64,000 bases of DNA from Chromera velia (Eukaryota): NCBI GenBank assembly GCA_018398765.1, contig JAHBMJ010000366.1, positions 1 through 64,000 on the forward strand. Reading direction: 5' to 3'. Shown here piece by piece: positions 1-14,468 of the stretch; position 1 is the stretch's first letter, and each line of letters opens with the position of its first letter. A program made the translations under genes and the position numbers. A model generated the notes under the pieces. That model saw nothing but the letters and a program-made list of their open reading frames with translations, searched no databases and was not told the DNA's origin.

Positions 1-132
1 GGGGGGGAGCAAAAGGAAAAAGAGAGACAAAAAGAGAAAGAGAGACAAAAAAAGAGAAAGAGAGACAAAAAAAGAGGCAGAGAGACTCGCTCCCTCCCAT
101 GGTTGTGTTCACACACGTACAGCTCCACTCAC

Positions 133-987
133 CCCGCATCGAGGGCCTCAAATAATTTCTCCGTCACGTAATCTTTTGTGATCGAATTCTCAAACACCAG
201 ACAAAACTTGTATCTGCATGTATCAAAAAAGTCAGACAGAAGGCAGGAAAAGCAGGAATTAAAGAGAAAGAGGGGGCAGAGAGAGGGAGAAGAAAATTCG
301 GAGAATCGATCCGTCAAGTACATTCTTTTTATCTCCATGAGAGAAAGAAGAAAAGGGAGAAGGACTTGCAGACACACAGGCAGACAGGAAGGACAGGGAG
401 GAGAAAAAAAGACACAACAAAAACAAGAAGGGAAAGGAAGAAAGAAAAGGGGAGATGAATGAAGAGTCAGGAGAAAGCAACGCCCAGCGTTGGGATGCTG
501 CTTTTTTGTTCACGCAATTACTTTCATACAATTCTGTATGGAGTATTCTGTATAAAAAAGAATTCTGTATGAAAGTAAATGCAAACGCCCACGTACCGTT
601 GGAACGTTGCTCTTTTGTTCACGGGTCCTTTTTTCTTCGGATCCGTCTCACGAACAAAGTCGGCGTTGTGGAGGCATCTGCAGAGAAGAGACCGACAGGG
701 TGTGAAGACAGATAGACAGACAGGCAGACAGACCGACAAACACAAACGCAGACACACAATCTGTATAGGCAAACAGGCAGATGCAGTGAAAGAAAGGCGT
801 TTTGTGTTTCTGCACGAATGGGAACGCAGAGATCAAGAGCGTAGGCAGAAACTCCGAAAGGAAACAAAGGACAAAGTCGGAAAAAGGAGAACACAAGAAC
901 GAAGAAGATGCACATGCAAGCAGACAGAAAGAGGAGCAGGCAGAAAGTTGGACACGTACAAGCGAGGAATGTTCACGTGCATAGATT

Positions 988-1027
<40 letters not shown>

Positions 1028-1730
1028 GTGAAAACAAAAGCAGTTGCGGTGTTCTGCCAGAGGAGAAAAAGAAGACAGGAGGACAAAAAAAAGAGCCCCA
1101 CGACGCACGTGCCTACAGCGTCCACCTTCACTTTGCGCCTTTTCATCAGCTCCTGCACAGACAGACAGACAGACAGACAGACAGATAGACAGGGAGACAG
1201 GGAGACAGGGAGACAGACAGACAGACAGACAGGGAGACAGGCAGACAGACACACAGACAGACAGACAGATAGACAAGGAGACAGGGAGACAGGGAGACAG
1301 GCAGGCAGACAGACAGACAGACAGACAGACAGATAGACAGGGAGACAGGGAGACAGGGAGACAGACAGACAGGGAGACAGGCAGGCAGACAGACAGACAG
1401 ACAGGGAGACAGACAGACAGACAGATAGACAGGGAGACAGGGAGACAGGGAGACAGGGAGACAGACAGACAGACAGATAGACAGGGAGACAGGGAGACAG
1501 GGAGACAGGGAGACAGGGAGACAGACACACAGACAGACAGACAGACAGACAGACAGGGAGACAGACAGACAGACAGGGAGACAGACAGACAGACAAACAG
1601 GGAGACAGGGAGACAGGCAGACAGACAGACGGACAGACAGACAAACAGGGAGACAGGGAGACAGGCAGACAGGGAGACAGGGAGACAGACAGACAGACAG
1701 ACAGACAGACAGGGAGACAGGGAGACAGGG

Positions 1731-1762
<32 letters not shown>

Positions 1763-1893
1763 TATACAGACAGACAGACAGACAGACAGACATGAGAATT
1801 TGCAGAAAGACACTGGAAGCTCTGCACATTTGTCCCTCACGTTCCCTCTCGCTCTCTTCAGTTTCACCTTCTTTCCTCTTCTTTAGCTTTTTT

Positions 1894-1933
<40 letters not shown>

Positions 1934-4249
1934 TCCTGAAATTTTCGCGCTTTCCTCTGTCCCTGCCCTCTTCGGGAAACTTTTTTTTTGTCAGCCCGAC
2001 TGCTGCCTTACAGAGCTTCATGCATATGGCAGCAGGCAGAGAGACAGAGAGACATTCCGTCCGTTCACTCAGAGCATGATCTTAAATTCAAGGCGAGCTC
2101 TCAACAGAAAAGAGAGGGCCTCCAAGAGGCGACGGAGGAAGAAATTCAATAAGAAGAGAGAGCTGCAAGAAAAAAAAAGAACAAAACTCGACTTGCCCGG
2201 ACGTATTGCTCTCTCCTGCTGGCTGTGCCGCAGTTTTTGTTCAGAAACACAATAGAGTCTCTCTTCTCGGCGAACGGCGTTGGGGTGGACTGAAAGGATC
2301 GAAACACAAAAACACGCAGCAAGTAAGGAGGGCGAGAAGCTGCGAACGTCTGCGCTTGCTGAGAGATTTCCGGGAGGATGCAAAATCACAAATCGAAGAA
2401 AGACTCAATTAAAGCAAAGCAGGATATGGTGCTCAGGAACAGGGATACAAAGATCTTTGCGACTGAAGCATCAAAAGTGCTGCATGGGGAAGACTACAAA
2501 AAGAAAACCTCATCGTGATTCCTTCAGCAAAGAGAAGGACGAAATTGCACTGACGCCTCAGAGAGTAAACAAAACAAAAGGCACAGAGAATTAGGGGGAC
2601 ATGGATCAACGGGAGGGAGGGCAGATCATTTGCCAAACAGCTCAACAACTCGGCAGGTCGACACTGAAAGGATATCTTAAATAAGCAAACAGTTGGTCGG
2701 TCATCCAGTCACCAAACAGGCCGACAAGAAGTGGGACAAGGACAGCATGAAAAGGTGAGCAAGGAAAAAGCAAACGAAGGAAAAGCAGAAACACTAATTG
2801 AATGAAAGAAAGAAAGAAAGAAAGAAAACGAACTACATTGAGAAAAAGATGAATGGATGAAAGAACAAAAGGACGAATGAAGCTTCTGAAAACGAAAAAA
2901 AGGCATCGACTCACGTTCATACCCGCCACCATCCACGGCTCCAGATACGACATCCAGCTCTGCACTCACTCATTCAATCACTCATTCATTCACTCATTCA
3001 ATCAATTCAATCACTCATTCTGTTGCGGTAGAATTACTTGGGAAATTGTGCGGCATCGATCAGACTTTTTTCGGAGTCGAGCTGACGCACGAAATATTTT
3101 TGCTGGCTGCTTTTTCTGACACACTCACTCCACGCCAAAGAATTGATCCCGTCTTCCTCACAGGGGCAAGGCCAAGACCCATGAACTCAGCAGAAGAAAG
3201 GAGAGAGAGCTAGACAGACAAGAAGCGAGCAAGCGAGAGTGCGTGGAATGTCCATACAGATTTCGCCTTTGAGAAAGCGAAAAAAACGAGAGGGGGCCGA
3301 TGCTTTGATTTTGACAACTGACGCATGGTCAACTCCCGTGTTTTCCTTCACTCCTTCTTTTGTCTCTCTGTTTCTTTCTTCCTTTCTTCCTTTCTGCACT
3401 TCTTGCTTCGCTCTTTCTGGGGTCCGTCATTCCTTCCTTCCTTCCTTCCTTTATTCTGTCTTCTTTCCTTTCTTCTGTCTTCCTTCCTTCCTTCCTTCCT
3501 TCCCTCCTTCCTTCCTTCCTTCCTTCCTTCCTTTCTTCCTTCCTTCCTTCCTTTCAGACGTTTCTCATGTCTCTCTTTCTCTGTTTTTGTCTTGCACCCC
3601 CTTTGCTGGCCAGACTGCCTGCCTGCCTGTCTGCCTGCCTGCCTGCCTAACTGACTGACTGCCTGCCTGCCTGCCTGCCTGACTGACTGACGTCTCCATG
3701 GTGAATATAGGAGGAGCTCATGTTGAACCTGCAAGCGTGCAGTCAGCCCATTTGCCCCTCATGTGTTGTGCCATGCAGCGAGTAAACAGGAAGGAACATT
3801 TCATTTCTTGTTGAGAACCGATCAATCTGTAGGCGAAGGAAAACTCACAAGAAAAGCTAGGTGAATGAAACACTATGCCAGCAAGAAAGTCTATCCGCTA
3901 ACATGCCGGAAACGAAACAGTGACTGACTGACAGAAAGAATTCATCTACAAAAAACATCGAGCTAGAGCCGTGAGAGAGAGATGATGGACACGACAGAGA
4001 GAGAAGTCAAGGAGCAGCCAGCGAGCGTCGGAAAGGGTAACAAAAGAGAAAGAAGTCAACAAAGAAGCCGTTCTACGAACAGAACGATTGCTGAGTGCTT
4101 GGAAGAAGTCAATACAGAAGAACATTTTGGAGAACTAAATGAAGTGGCAGTAGCAGTAGCAGCAGCAAGAAAGAATTTTTCTGCTCATTTCTGCATTCAT
4201 CTGAATCACACACGTCGGACAGGAGAAACTCAGAAAAGAGAGATAGAGA

Positions 4250-4295
<46 letters not shown>

Positions 4296-4333
4296 GAGAG
4301 AGAGAGAGAAAGAGACAGAGAGACAGAGACACA

Positions 4334-4377
<44 letters not shown>

Positions 4378-5758
4378 CAAAAAAGCAGACACAGGCGAGA
4401 GGCCAAAAAATGACAGTGGAGAGGAGAGGAGATCTCCCTTCCATGGATGAAGAAGAATATGAATGCGGTTTGTTTTTGGTCACTTTGTCGGCACCTCGGG
4501 AACTTACTTCGTGATATTGCCAGATAGCCAGACAACCAGCCAAACGATAGACAGAAAAGCAGACAGACGACAAAGTAAATAGCAGAGAGAACGACCAAGC
4601 GACTGACAGAAAGACAGACAAACAGACAGACAGACAAATGAAGGCTGCGCGTATGAGTAGTACGCAAGAACACACACTGACTGACAGGTTGAAAAGCTTC
4701 TCATAGTCTTGCAAGACCGGGGTCCGAACAGCGGACTCCATTCCTGTGAAGGCCTTCGCCTGCCATGGTAATATCGGCTTCTCTAGACCCCAATTCTTCA
4801 CGTTCGACCACTTGCTGCCCACCACCCCGTGCCACATGAGAACCTCCGCGTTTTTGTCGTTGCGCTTTGGGCTCTTGGCTGAGTAGACGGCACATGGAAC
4901 GCTGCACCCAGGGAAGGGCCCGTCTGGATACTTTAAGTGACTTGAGGTCATAAACTGGACCGTCACCGTTCTGTTACTCCTGGGTCGGACTGACGGGGTG
5001 AAACCGAAATACTTGTCTGCTTCAGCTATTTCCGCGGCTGTGACATTGTCAGTGGATTGGCTGAGGAGAGTCCCTCCTGAGCTTGGTGCGGTTTGATTTG
5101 TTGTCTCAGACAAAACCGTCTGGTTTGTTGTGTTTCCGTTACTCGTTTGATCTGCCACCCCTTGATCAGAAAGAGCGGTTTGGTTGGGTGCACCAGATAG
5201 AGACGGGTCTGCGGGAGATGGTTTGTTCTCGTTGGCTCCACTTGTACCTGAGACGTTGCCGAGCAAGCTGGTGAGCCAACTAGATGCAGACGAAGGCGAA
5301 GCTTCGTCTGCTACAGCTGCTGTTTGTGTTTTTTCCGCAGGAGGGGCTGAGGGGGTGCCAGATGGAGAGGTAGACGGGGAGGCAATATTAACAGAAGGCG
5401 GAGTGGCAGATTGCGGTGTAACTGCGGTAGGGTCTTTTGGAGGCTCGATCGCTGCGGTTTGCGTTGATGCGTCGCTCTCCTCTGTCTTCTTGTCCGAGGA
5501 CAATTCACTTTGCCCATTCGCCTGCTGATCCACATTCTCTGTCGAGGCTGAAGCGGCAGTGAGTCCTTGTTCGCTCCCACGTATGGGTCCTTCAGCTTGT
5601 GTTGTTATTGTTGTTGTTGCGTTTGCATTTGCATTTGCGCCACCAAACCGATCCGGTGAGTAATAGTCGACCACTCTCCTCCAGAAAAGTGCCGAGCCAA
5701 GCACAATCACGTACACACCCAGTATCAGGAGAAAACGGCGTGATATGAAACCAGACAT
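133..5758 (-). CDS. GT10 alpha-1,3/4-fucosyltransferase-like type II membrane protein, copy 1 (3' end runs off the left edge of the window)
   Basis: Spliced exons 5758-4686, 3728-3692, 2959-2915, 2289-2197, 1152-1109, 677-597, 213-133 join in frame. N-terminal TM (FLLILGVYVIVLGSALFW), S/T/P-rich stem, then LFNMSSSY, IVFLNKNCGTASRREQYVRELM, VDAVGTCLHN and the GT10 signature YKFCLVFENSITKDYVTEKLFEAL. Confidence 0.9.
1157..1791. repeat. Compound (GACA)n/(GGGAGACA)n microsatellite array inside a GT10-1 intron
   Basis: About 630 bp of tandem GACA, GGCA and GGGAGACA units; source of the spurious SVCL/TDRQ ORFs. Confidence 0.95.
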
Positions 5759-6066
5759 CCTTTCCACGTTTTTTGATCGAAACACAATCCGGCCGGGTTG
5801 AAAAAAAAACGATGGGGGTTGAGAAATATCGATATGTATGCCCAGAAGGGTGGGAACACAGTCTCCTCTCCTTCACGAAGTCTGCATGGCTGAAGACCCT
5901 GGAGAGATCTTTCCTCAGCAGATGCATGGACTATCGTTTACATACACTCCGATAACACTCGTCGACTGCATATAAAACAGTACGTATGTATGTATATGTG
6001 TGTTCGTGCGCGCATGTATATATATATATATATATATACAGTTATTAATGTGCAATATTTTTCTTT

Positions 6067-6297
6067 GAGTGCGCGCGCATCGCGCGCCGAAAAATTTCGG
6101 ACTACGTATATAGTACTGACGAAGGAGTATAGGCGTACACAAACTTTGTGTTTTGTCAATTCTGGAAAATGACAAAACACAAAGTTTGTGTGTACGCCTC
6201 TATACTCCTTTCTTCAGTACTATATATATATATATATATCGATATTATTAATAATACATAGACGGGTATTTCTTCGGCGCGCGATGCGCGCCCACTC
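6067..6297. repeat. Long imperfect inverted repeat (foldback) in the divergent intergenic region
   Basis: Outer arm GAGTGCGCGCGCATCGCGCGCCGA (6067) pairs with TCGGCGCGCGATGCGCGCCCACTC (ends 6297). Inner arm TATATAGTACTGA..GGAGTATAGGCGTACACAAACTTTGTGTTTTGTCA pairs with TGACAAAACACAAAGTTTGTG..TACGCCT..TATACTCC..TCAGTACTATATA around a ~11-nt loop at ~6159-6169. Confidence 0.9.
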
Positions 6298-6595
6298 TCG
6301 TGTTTTAGCTAGCTAGTACATATATACATGCACATTTAAAATCTGTCAGAAATGAAAATACACATATCGTACGTTGTACGCGTAGCATTGTTGTACGTAT
6401 AGATACGTGTACACATGTCCTACATATATTATTATAGCTCCCTTATCCAGATTTGTAGAGTTCTGCATGGCCAGACCCTCAGGCTGATAGGGCAGCTTTG
6501 TATGTGATGGGGACATTTGAAGCCCGAGATTCAGCCCGGTGACAAAGAAACCAGACGGACTTATACAATTGCTTTTCCACGTCGGGAAAGACAGG

Positions 6596-9500
6596 ATGCA
6601 ACACTTTCCGATTCAGTCTCTGTTTTTGCACTTCTTCCTCGTTTGGGAGCTGTTCTCTTACGTCAGTGCTCTCTTCCTCAGGCGACTTCCTCGACCATCA
6701 GTCTACTTCCGAAACGCTCGGAATGCACCCCGGCCGACTGCATGGGTGAATCCTTTCTTTTTCCTTCCTCCGTCTGCTTGCATGCAGGTTGCTTCTCTTC
6801 CGACAACACAAACAACCGGAAGCCTAAAAGAACTCCCGATTGAGACACGCCACACAGGTAGGAAACGAAGATCTGTATCGGTCCATGTGCCTCTGCATTC
6901 GAACATACATGAACGTGACCGCAGCGACGTACCGCGCCTCACCGTTTTGTTACGCAACGAATCCCTCTCAGACTTCCCGTCTACCTTTTCCCTCTGACAT
7001 CGTATATGCACATTCTGTGCCAGTAAAACAAAAACACAGAAAAACATGTATGACTTGAGCAAAGAGCACAATAACCGTCCCTCCCGTCATTTGTGCAGCA
7101 GAAGTGGACCTTTCGCCCTCTTTCGAAAATTCTGACGGGGGCACAGCATTTGTTTTCACGTCGGAAAGCACACAGCGGCAAGGCGGCCTGTCGGACGAGA
7201 AAAGGGACCAGGACAGAGAGGCACAGGCACGAGCAGGAGGTTCGCGGTCTCTGAAATTAGTTCAAAGGAAGACAGGAACAGAAGGGGAGGCAGAAGAAGA
7301 ATGCACGGGGTTCGAGATTGTCGCGCCCATCGTTCTGGTCGTTGCCCCAAATTCTCCCGACGTGACGACGGTGTTAGGGCCAGAGGACAAAACGTTCCTG
7401 TCCGAGTGGAGGGACGATGAATTCTACGAGGCCGTCTTCTTCGCAGGACAGGCACAGCCCTGGTCTATGCCTGAAATTTCCGGAATGTCAGTCAGTGAAT
7501 CAGTTTTTCGGAGTGATCTTAGAACATGCAAGTACATATTGGTTTTCAATCTGATACGAGCGACCATTGAGACCTGCCGATCGTCTCTGTAACTGTTCAA
7601 TTGCGACTGGACTTGCTGTCGTCTTCGCTTCTCACGCTGCGCTTGCCGAAAAGAAGGGCGTGCCGTGTTCAATGGGTTTCTTCTTTTATCTGATTCCTTT
7701 TGAATGCTGATCTACATGCACATCTTCAGTAGAGCCTTCGGAGAAGGACTTCTCTAGATCCCGTGTGTGCGTTTTTCCTTTTTCACGCATCACTGACGGC
7801 ATTCATTGCCTTTTTTGCTCTTTGGGAAAATGCAGAAGAGATCCCTCCCAGTCGGGGTTTGCTTGGGCGAAGTTTAGGGGAGGTCCGGACACATTTCTGA
7901 GCTCTGCAGTACCCTGTTTTGCCTTGTTGGAACCAGGAGGCGCCTCTTTGAAGGGATTGACTCTCACTTTCTTTTTGAAGTTGAGAGGAGACTCGATCGC
8001 AAAGGGAGAGAAACAGGTGATCTTGGACAATGGGGCTGGGGCACAAATCGGATTTGTCGGTCAGGGCACAGAGGGCAAGGGGGGTGTCTGGTTTGGTTTT
8101 GTGAATGAGTGGGAGGAAGGGAGCGATGTGCCTCCCGAGAGTGTCGTGGACGTTTGCGGCCTTGCCGGGAACGAGGAAGGGAACTCTTTGGACGGAGTGC
8201 CGATGCTTCTCTCGGTCAGCGTGCGGGATGACAAGGTGCAATTCTTTCGAATGGGCAGACGGGTGGGCGGAGGGAAAGAGAGGAAAATTCGGGATTCAAC
8301 CATTCGCAGTTTGGAGAGCGTTGGGGAGGCCGTGCTTGGCTGTGGGGTCGTTAAAGAGACCGGAAGGAAGGGCGAATGCTTCGAGGGCGAGTTGGCGTAT
8401 GTAGGCATCAGTCGAGAGAACATGCCGATGACCCCTTCAGAGGAGGCAGACAAGAGCGTGATGACCGACGTGGAGAGAATCCTGTCAAAGGAAATCGGTC
8501 GGTCATTTCTTTCTTCTTTTCATTCTTCTCCGGTCTTTTTTGTGTGGATGCGAATCTGTTTGCCTCCCTGTACGTGTGTAAATGTGTGTGCATCTACAGT
8601 ATTAAGACATTCAGACATACAAGCCGAGGAGAGAGTGACGGAACAGCCGAAAAGGAATGTAGACATACGTGCAGCAAAGAATCAGACAGACGAAGAGATA
8701 TTATCTGTCTGCTGGATGCGTGGCATGACCAATGGATGGAGAGACCAACAGATGAGAAGGATGCGCTTGAAATCGCTTCCTTCTACACGAGCTCACGCAT
8801 GTCCGAAATGCTCTCTGGAGAATGCGCAAAAAACCAAACACGTCGCGTCTATTCTTTCTCTGGTTCGCTTTTCTTCTTTTGTGACTCACTTCCTGTGCTG
8901 CGAGAGCATGCCAGTGCATTTTTGTGCAGAGAATCCAGATCGAGGCGCAACTGCATAGAAAACGAATTCACACATCAATGAGTTGCAGATACACGCTCAA
9001 TTGAAATTCATTGACACCGTACACGTGTGTGTTCCTTTCATCTTTTTACCTCTTTACCTGTCTGCCTCCCTGCAGGGACGGACTTCAGATGCGGCAACGG
9101 GGAGAAGGACAGGCAGGAGAGCTGCGATCCGACAGCGTCTCCAACTTCTTTTGAGGGAAAGGGGAGGGAGTTGACGGGCGAAGAGAAGGAAAGGGAGGCA
9201 CGGGGAGGGCCTGCGAGGAACTGCGACTGTTTGTGCAGACGTCAGTAGACCAGCAGAGAGATTCTAGGAGCCTCGAAGAGAGATGTCGTCCTGCCTCTTC
9301 CCTTCCCCTTTCCTTGGTGATTCCTCGCCCTCTGTCTCCCCTCTTCCTATCTGTCCGTGCATCCGTTGTCTCTCCGCTCTCATTGGCGAGCCCCCCCCTA
9401 AGGAGCATATCGGTTGCTTACTTTTTTATCAGACCACTTGTTTACAGAAAACATTTGTCATTCAGTCGCAATGCAAAAACATTCGTCCGGGATGTTCCCT

Positions 9501-9753
9501 CCTCATGCGCCTGTCGAGAGTACCCGATCAATATATACTCTTGAGGACCAGATTTCATTTACTTTCAAATGAGGAGACGAGGGAGCAGACACGCCTCAAC
9601 GCACAGAGAGTACCGCAACACGACTCTATCTAGGTTGGATGCCTTGTGTGTGCCATTGGCTGGACTATGTGGCAACGCTCTCTTTAATTCCACCTGCTTG
9701 ATCCGAATGTAAACCCTTTTCTTTTTTCGACCTCTTCGTTCTTTCTTTCTTTG

Positions 9754-9785
<32 letters not shown>

Positions 9786-12587
9786 TTTTTTTCTGCCTTC
9801 CTGCCTGCCTGCGTGCAGCTGCATGCCCGGATTACCAGGATACCCTCAGAGGTCGGGAGAAGGAGGCCTTCGTTGTCGTGCAGGAGTCCGCATCTGCAGG
9901 CGATATCGCCCGCCTCTCTTGCAACAAAACGGGGGGGTTCTTTCCCTCAGTGGGCGCCCTGGAGACGGACGCTGTGGTGTGCGGACTTGAGAAGGACAGA
10001 GAGTACTCACAGCGCTCCCTCGACTGCAGAAGTGAGTCTGTCAGCCAGACGGACAAAAAAATCATGGGGTGTGTGCCGACATTTTTGCACATCCATCCAC
10101 CCTCACACCCACAGAGAGAGAGAGAGAGAGAGAGAGAGATCGGTTGAGTCTCTCTGATCTGATCTGAAGTTGTGAGAAGACGCGAAGTTTATGCATTATC
10201 TGCATGGTTTCGTCACCGTTTGCGTGACTGCATCTGTCCTGTCGACATGCACTTGCAGTCATACGCTGCTTCCTTGCGTGTGCACATGTGAATTCCTTGA
10301 TTACCTGATTGACCGAATTATGGAAAGCTGCATGGATGGATAATTAATTTCTGGTTGCAGAGGGGTGTCACGCGTCGAGAGCGCCATGGGCGAACATGAC
10401 GGAGATTCTCGTCGTGACTCCCCCTGACGTGCTGACTCCTGGCGAATGGATGAAGGACGGGGAGAGTGTGAAGATCGCGTGCAACGAGGAAGTCGGGATG
10501 TTGGCCTCCAAGCGACAGGAGAAGGAACAGCGTCTCACTTGTTTTGACGGGGTCATCGAGCCTCTGACCTTGCATTGCGCTTCTCTGTGCACACCTCCGC
10601 CGTTGTCGAAGGCGTACGAAGTTTCGGAAGGGGGAAGCGAGAACGGAGCCACGCGCACGATCAAATGCGCAGTCGGGTTTCATCCGGGGCCGGGTCAACC
10701 ATCAGAGCAGGTAGGTGGACAGCCGTTTTCTTTCCTGTTTGTACGACTCCCTCCCTTTCTTGCGTGAATCGGCATCGGTGAATTATAGACAGATTGCAGT
10801 GCCCTTCTGGAATCAGAAAAGCTCAACAAATCGTTTCTGTCGACAGGAATCTAGATGTTTTTGGGTGGCCGGATGCATTGAATGGTTTGGATTGATGCTA
10901 CGCGCATGGTGCTGCAGATGATCACGTGCGACGAGGGAAAGTTTACGCCTGTGTCTTTGGAGTGCTGGGGTCAGTCAGTCAGTCTGTCTGTGTCCCTCTT
11001 TCTCTCTCTCTGCCTCTCTGTCTTTCTCTCTCTCTGCCTCTCTGTCTGTCTACCTGTCTTCCTGTGTGTCGCTCTCTTCCTCTGTAGCAACGTTAGTGTG
11101 TCTGCATGAGTGCGTTATGTGTCCGAATTTTCTTTCCTTCTCCCTTTCGATCATGCCTTGGACACCCCATATGCGAAAGGAAGCTGGACGTTCCCATGCG
11201 TCTCTCTCTGGATGGCGCGCAGTCCTCATGCGTTTTCCCTACACGTCCATACATGGGTCATGAATGCGTGCATGCCTCTTCATCTGATATGAGTGCATTC
11301 ATCGATTTCTATCTATCCATTCACGACTGTTTCTTGCCTGCCTGCAGGTGACTGCACCCCTTTCAGACTTCCGGACGGAAAAGAGAAGGACTACGTGGTG
11401 TCGCCCGCCGAGTTTCTCTCCCAAGGCGCCAAGCATGGGGAGAGGGTGCGGCTCTCCTGCAGGCCGCCCAAAAAGGCCAGACCCCGGGCAGACGGCAGAG
11501 TACCCCCCTCTGAGATTGAATTGACGTGTGCAGAGAACCACTGGCCAGTCCCGGCACTCGACTGCGCTGGTCGGTCCGTAACTGCCTCTCTTCCCCTGTG
11601 CATCTCCCTCTCCCTCTCTCTCTCACACACACACGCACACACATATGTGTATGTATGTGCGTACAGAGTTTTCTTGCCAAAGAAAGTGGGGGATGATCGA
11701 GAGTCTCTTTTCCTTGTGACGTCTTGGGAGATGTGAGACCTTTTCTGCCTACCTGCCTGCCTGCTTGCTTGACTGCCCTCCTTCTTCACTTCTTCAAATG
11801 ACTCTTGCAAGTTTTCGCAGCCGCATATTTCTCTCCGCCTACCCTTTAGCCCGTCCGTCTTCCTGCATATTACCCTGCCTGTTTTTTGCAGGTTCCTGCC
11901 CCCCGCTGAAGGCGGCATCTCCTGGTTACGTTGTGAGCCCCCAGCCCCGGGAAGGAGAGGACGGGAGCGTCGCTTTTGGGGATTCTGTGCAGATCTCCTG
12001 TGACGCCGCTGCAGTGTTCTTCCCTGCCTCGGACTGGCAGGCGGCAGCCACGGACACTCTGAAATGCCTGGGGGACACTTACGGGGGCCGAAAGCTTCAC
12101 TGCTACAGTCAGTGTGTCAGTGAGTCATTCAGTCTGGCAATCAGTCAGTTGGAGGATGACTGACTGGTCGCGCTGCTTTCTCTCTCCATGCTGCTCAGTT
12201 CGTGAGCTGCTCTGACTCCTTGACAAATGGCTCGAAAGAAATGGCTGTGATCTGTTTTCCCTTTCATACATGGTAGTTTTTTTGTGAGGGCTCTCTCATA
12301 GCGTCGAATAGATGGCATTGATTGAGTGAAGTTGTTGATACAAGACGTTCTTCTCAGTGCAGAAGAGAAAGTCAGTCGATCCAGGAAAGTGAGGGGAGTT
12401 GTCCAAGAAACAAACTTTCGGTCGGGTTAAGTGGAAGCTAGGCAGCTGACTGGACCGGCAAAGAGAACAGATGGAGTTTCTCCAAGAGAGATTCCCGATT
12501 TTGAGCACACTTTTCCTCTGTGTCCAAGCATACCCACTGCCCTTTTTGCTAACAAGTCCTGATTCTTTCGTTTTACTTTCGGCTCTC

Positions 12588-12624
<37 letters not shown>

Positions 12625-14433
12625 TGTGTTTTGAATGATCCCTCTCTCTCTCTCTCTGCAGAGGGATGCGCCGATGATCCGCCCTTTCCAAAACGGCGCT
12701 TTGCAATCACACGCACGGAGACGGTCGGGGGGCCTAGCGGTGGCTCAGAGAAGCCCTACAGACACGGCAGCCGGATTTTCTACTCCTGCGCTCCCGGATT
12801 TTCTCCAGAGGACCCACGTGTTGTTGAGGACGCTTCTGTGTGCATGAGAGGGATGTGGACAGACATTGTCCTTGAGTGTCTCCGTGACTGTCCGCCCTTC
12901 CCGTTGGAGCTCTTGGACAGGAGAAAATTTTTCGTCAAGGGCATGACCACCTCGGAGCTTCTGTCTGATGAAAGAAACCGAAAACACGGGGCGAAGGTGT
13001 CCATCGTATGTCCTGCAGGGGCGTCTGTGGTATCCGGATCTGGAGAGGAGACGGTCACCTGCAGAGACGGGCAGTGGTCTCTCGTCACCCTGACGTGCGG
13101 ACGTGAGTAGAAAGAATGAACACCTGACTGACCCATCGCCGTGTCCTCTCTTGTTCTGCTGTGCAAAGATTCAAAATTGTACACGCAAGGTGCGAGTAAG
13201 TTTGAGGGTCGCAAATTTGGCTAGCACTGCAAAGCCGGTTTCTGATGCGCATGGTAACTACACGCAAGAAGAAACTACTGTCCCCCTCCCTGTCTCTTTT
13301 GTGCATGTCCGTGCGTATATATGTGTGCAGACAACTGTGGAACGTACACAGGAACTCAGGGAGACGCGTATGTCGTGGAGGGGGAGGAGACAGGCGTCGA
13401 CCTTGGGGCCTCCAGGACCGTCCGATGCGACAGGACGAAGGGGTTCGAGCCGATGGTGGGTGAGGAGCCTGAAACGATTTTGTGCAAAGACGGGTACTGG
13501 ACCATGAGGACACTACAATGCGGCAGTCAGTCTGTGAATTTGTTTCCTTCTCTCTCTCTTTCTTTCTCTTTCTTTTTTTTTTTTTCTTTCTTAGTTTTTT
13601 TTGTGGTCGATGGCACGCTTGTCCGTTTCCTTGACCTCTTTCCTTTCATGTGTATCCGGGATGACTTGGATCTTCTTCTCCCTTATTCATTCATTCATTC
13701 ATTCATTCATTCATTCACCTGCTCAATTGTTTCGCTACTGTGCACGTCTGTCTATGCTTGGTGACCAGTAATTCTGTCCGAGGCATGCAAATAAAGCATT
13801 GGAACACAGTCTTTAATTGTGTGTAGTCGCTTGTCCATTTCGATTCCTTCCAATTGCTGCGATCACTCCATGTGATGTGATGATCGCCTTACTTCCAAAA
13901 AGTGAGCAAGGGAAAACAGACAGAAAAGAGATGCTCAATAGTGCATTGGAGCGAATGAATTGAAACACGGCTGTGCTGTTTTCAGAGGACTGTCCGCCCT
14001 ACGAGCTTCCAGTGCCTTCGGAAAGATTTGAAATTCTGAACTCCTCCAAGCCCCTCGAAGAGATGACGTCCAACAAAAACCCACACGCGTCGACAGTGAC
14101 TGTAGGGTGCAAGGGTCCCGAGTTCGAATCGGATTTTGTCGCCAAGGGGGGAAAGGTCACGGAGACGCAAATTTGTGAAGCAGGAAGGTGGACGCCCCTC
14201 GAGATGAGCTGCATGGGTGAGTGACGCGCGCATTCGATCTAGTGCTGCACCATCCAATCTTATTCTGTTCTTTTCTGCGTGGAAAGAAGTTGACGCACGC
14301 AGTGTCCTCTAAGAGACAGAGGAATGGGTGGGCTCTCTCTTTCTCTGGATAAATGCACTCTAAGAGTCGCTTGGAAAGAACGACGCTTGTTCCCGATTGA
14401 AGGGTTCAGTGCATCACCTGTATTTTCTCGCGA

Positions 14434-14468
<35 letters not shown>

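Noticed and set aside
833..1886. Long ORFs of SVCL/TDRQ repeats (and similar HTHT, ERER, SFIH, CVCV ORFs throughout)
   Set aside because: Stop-free translations of intronic microsatellites.
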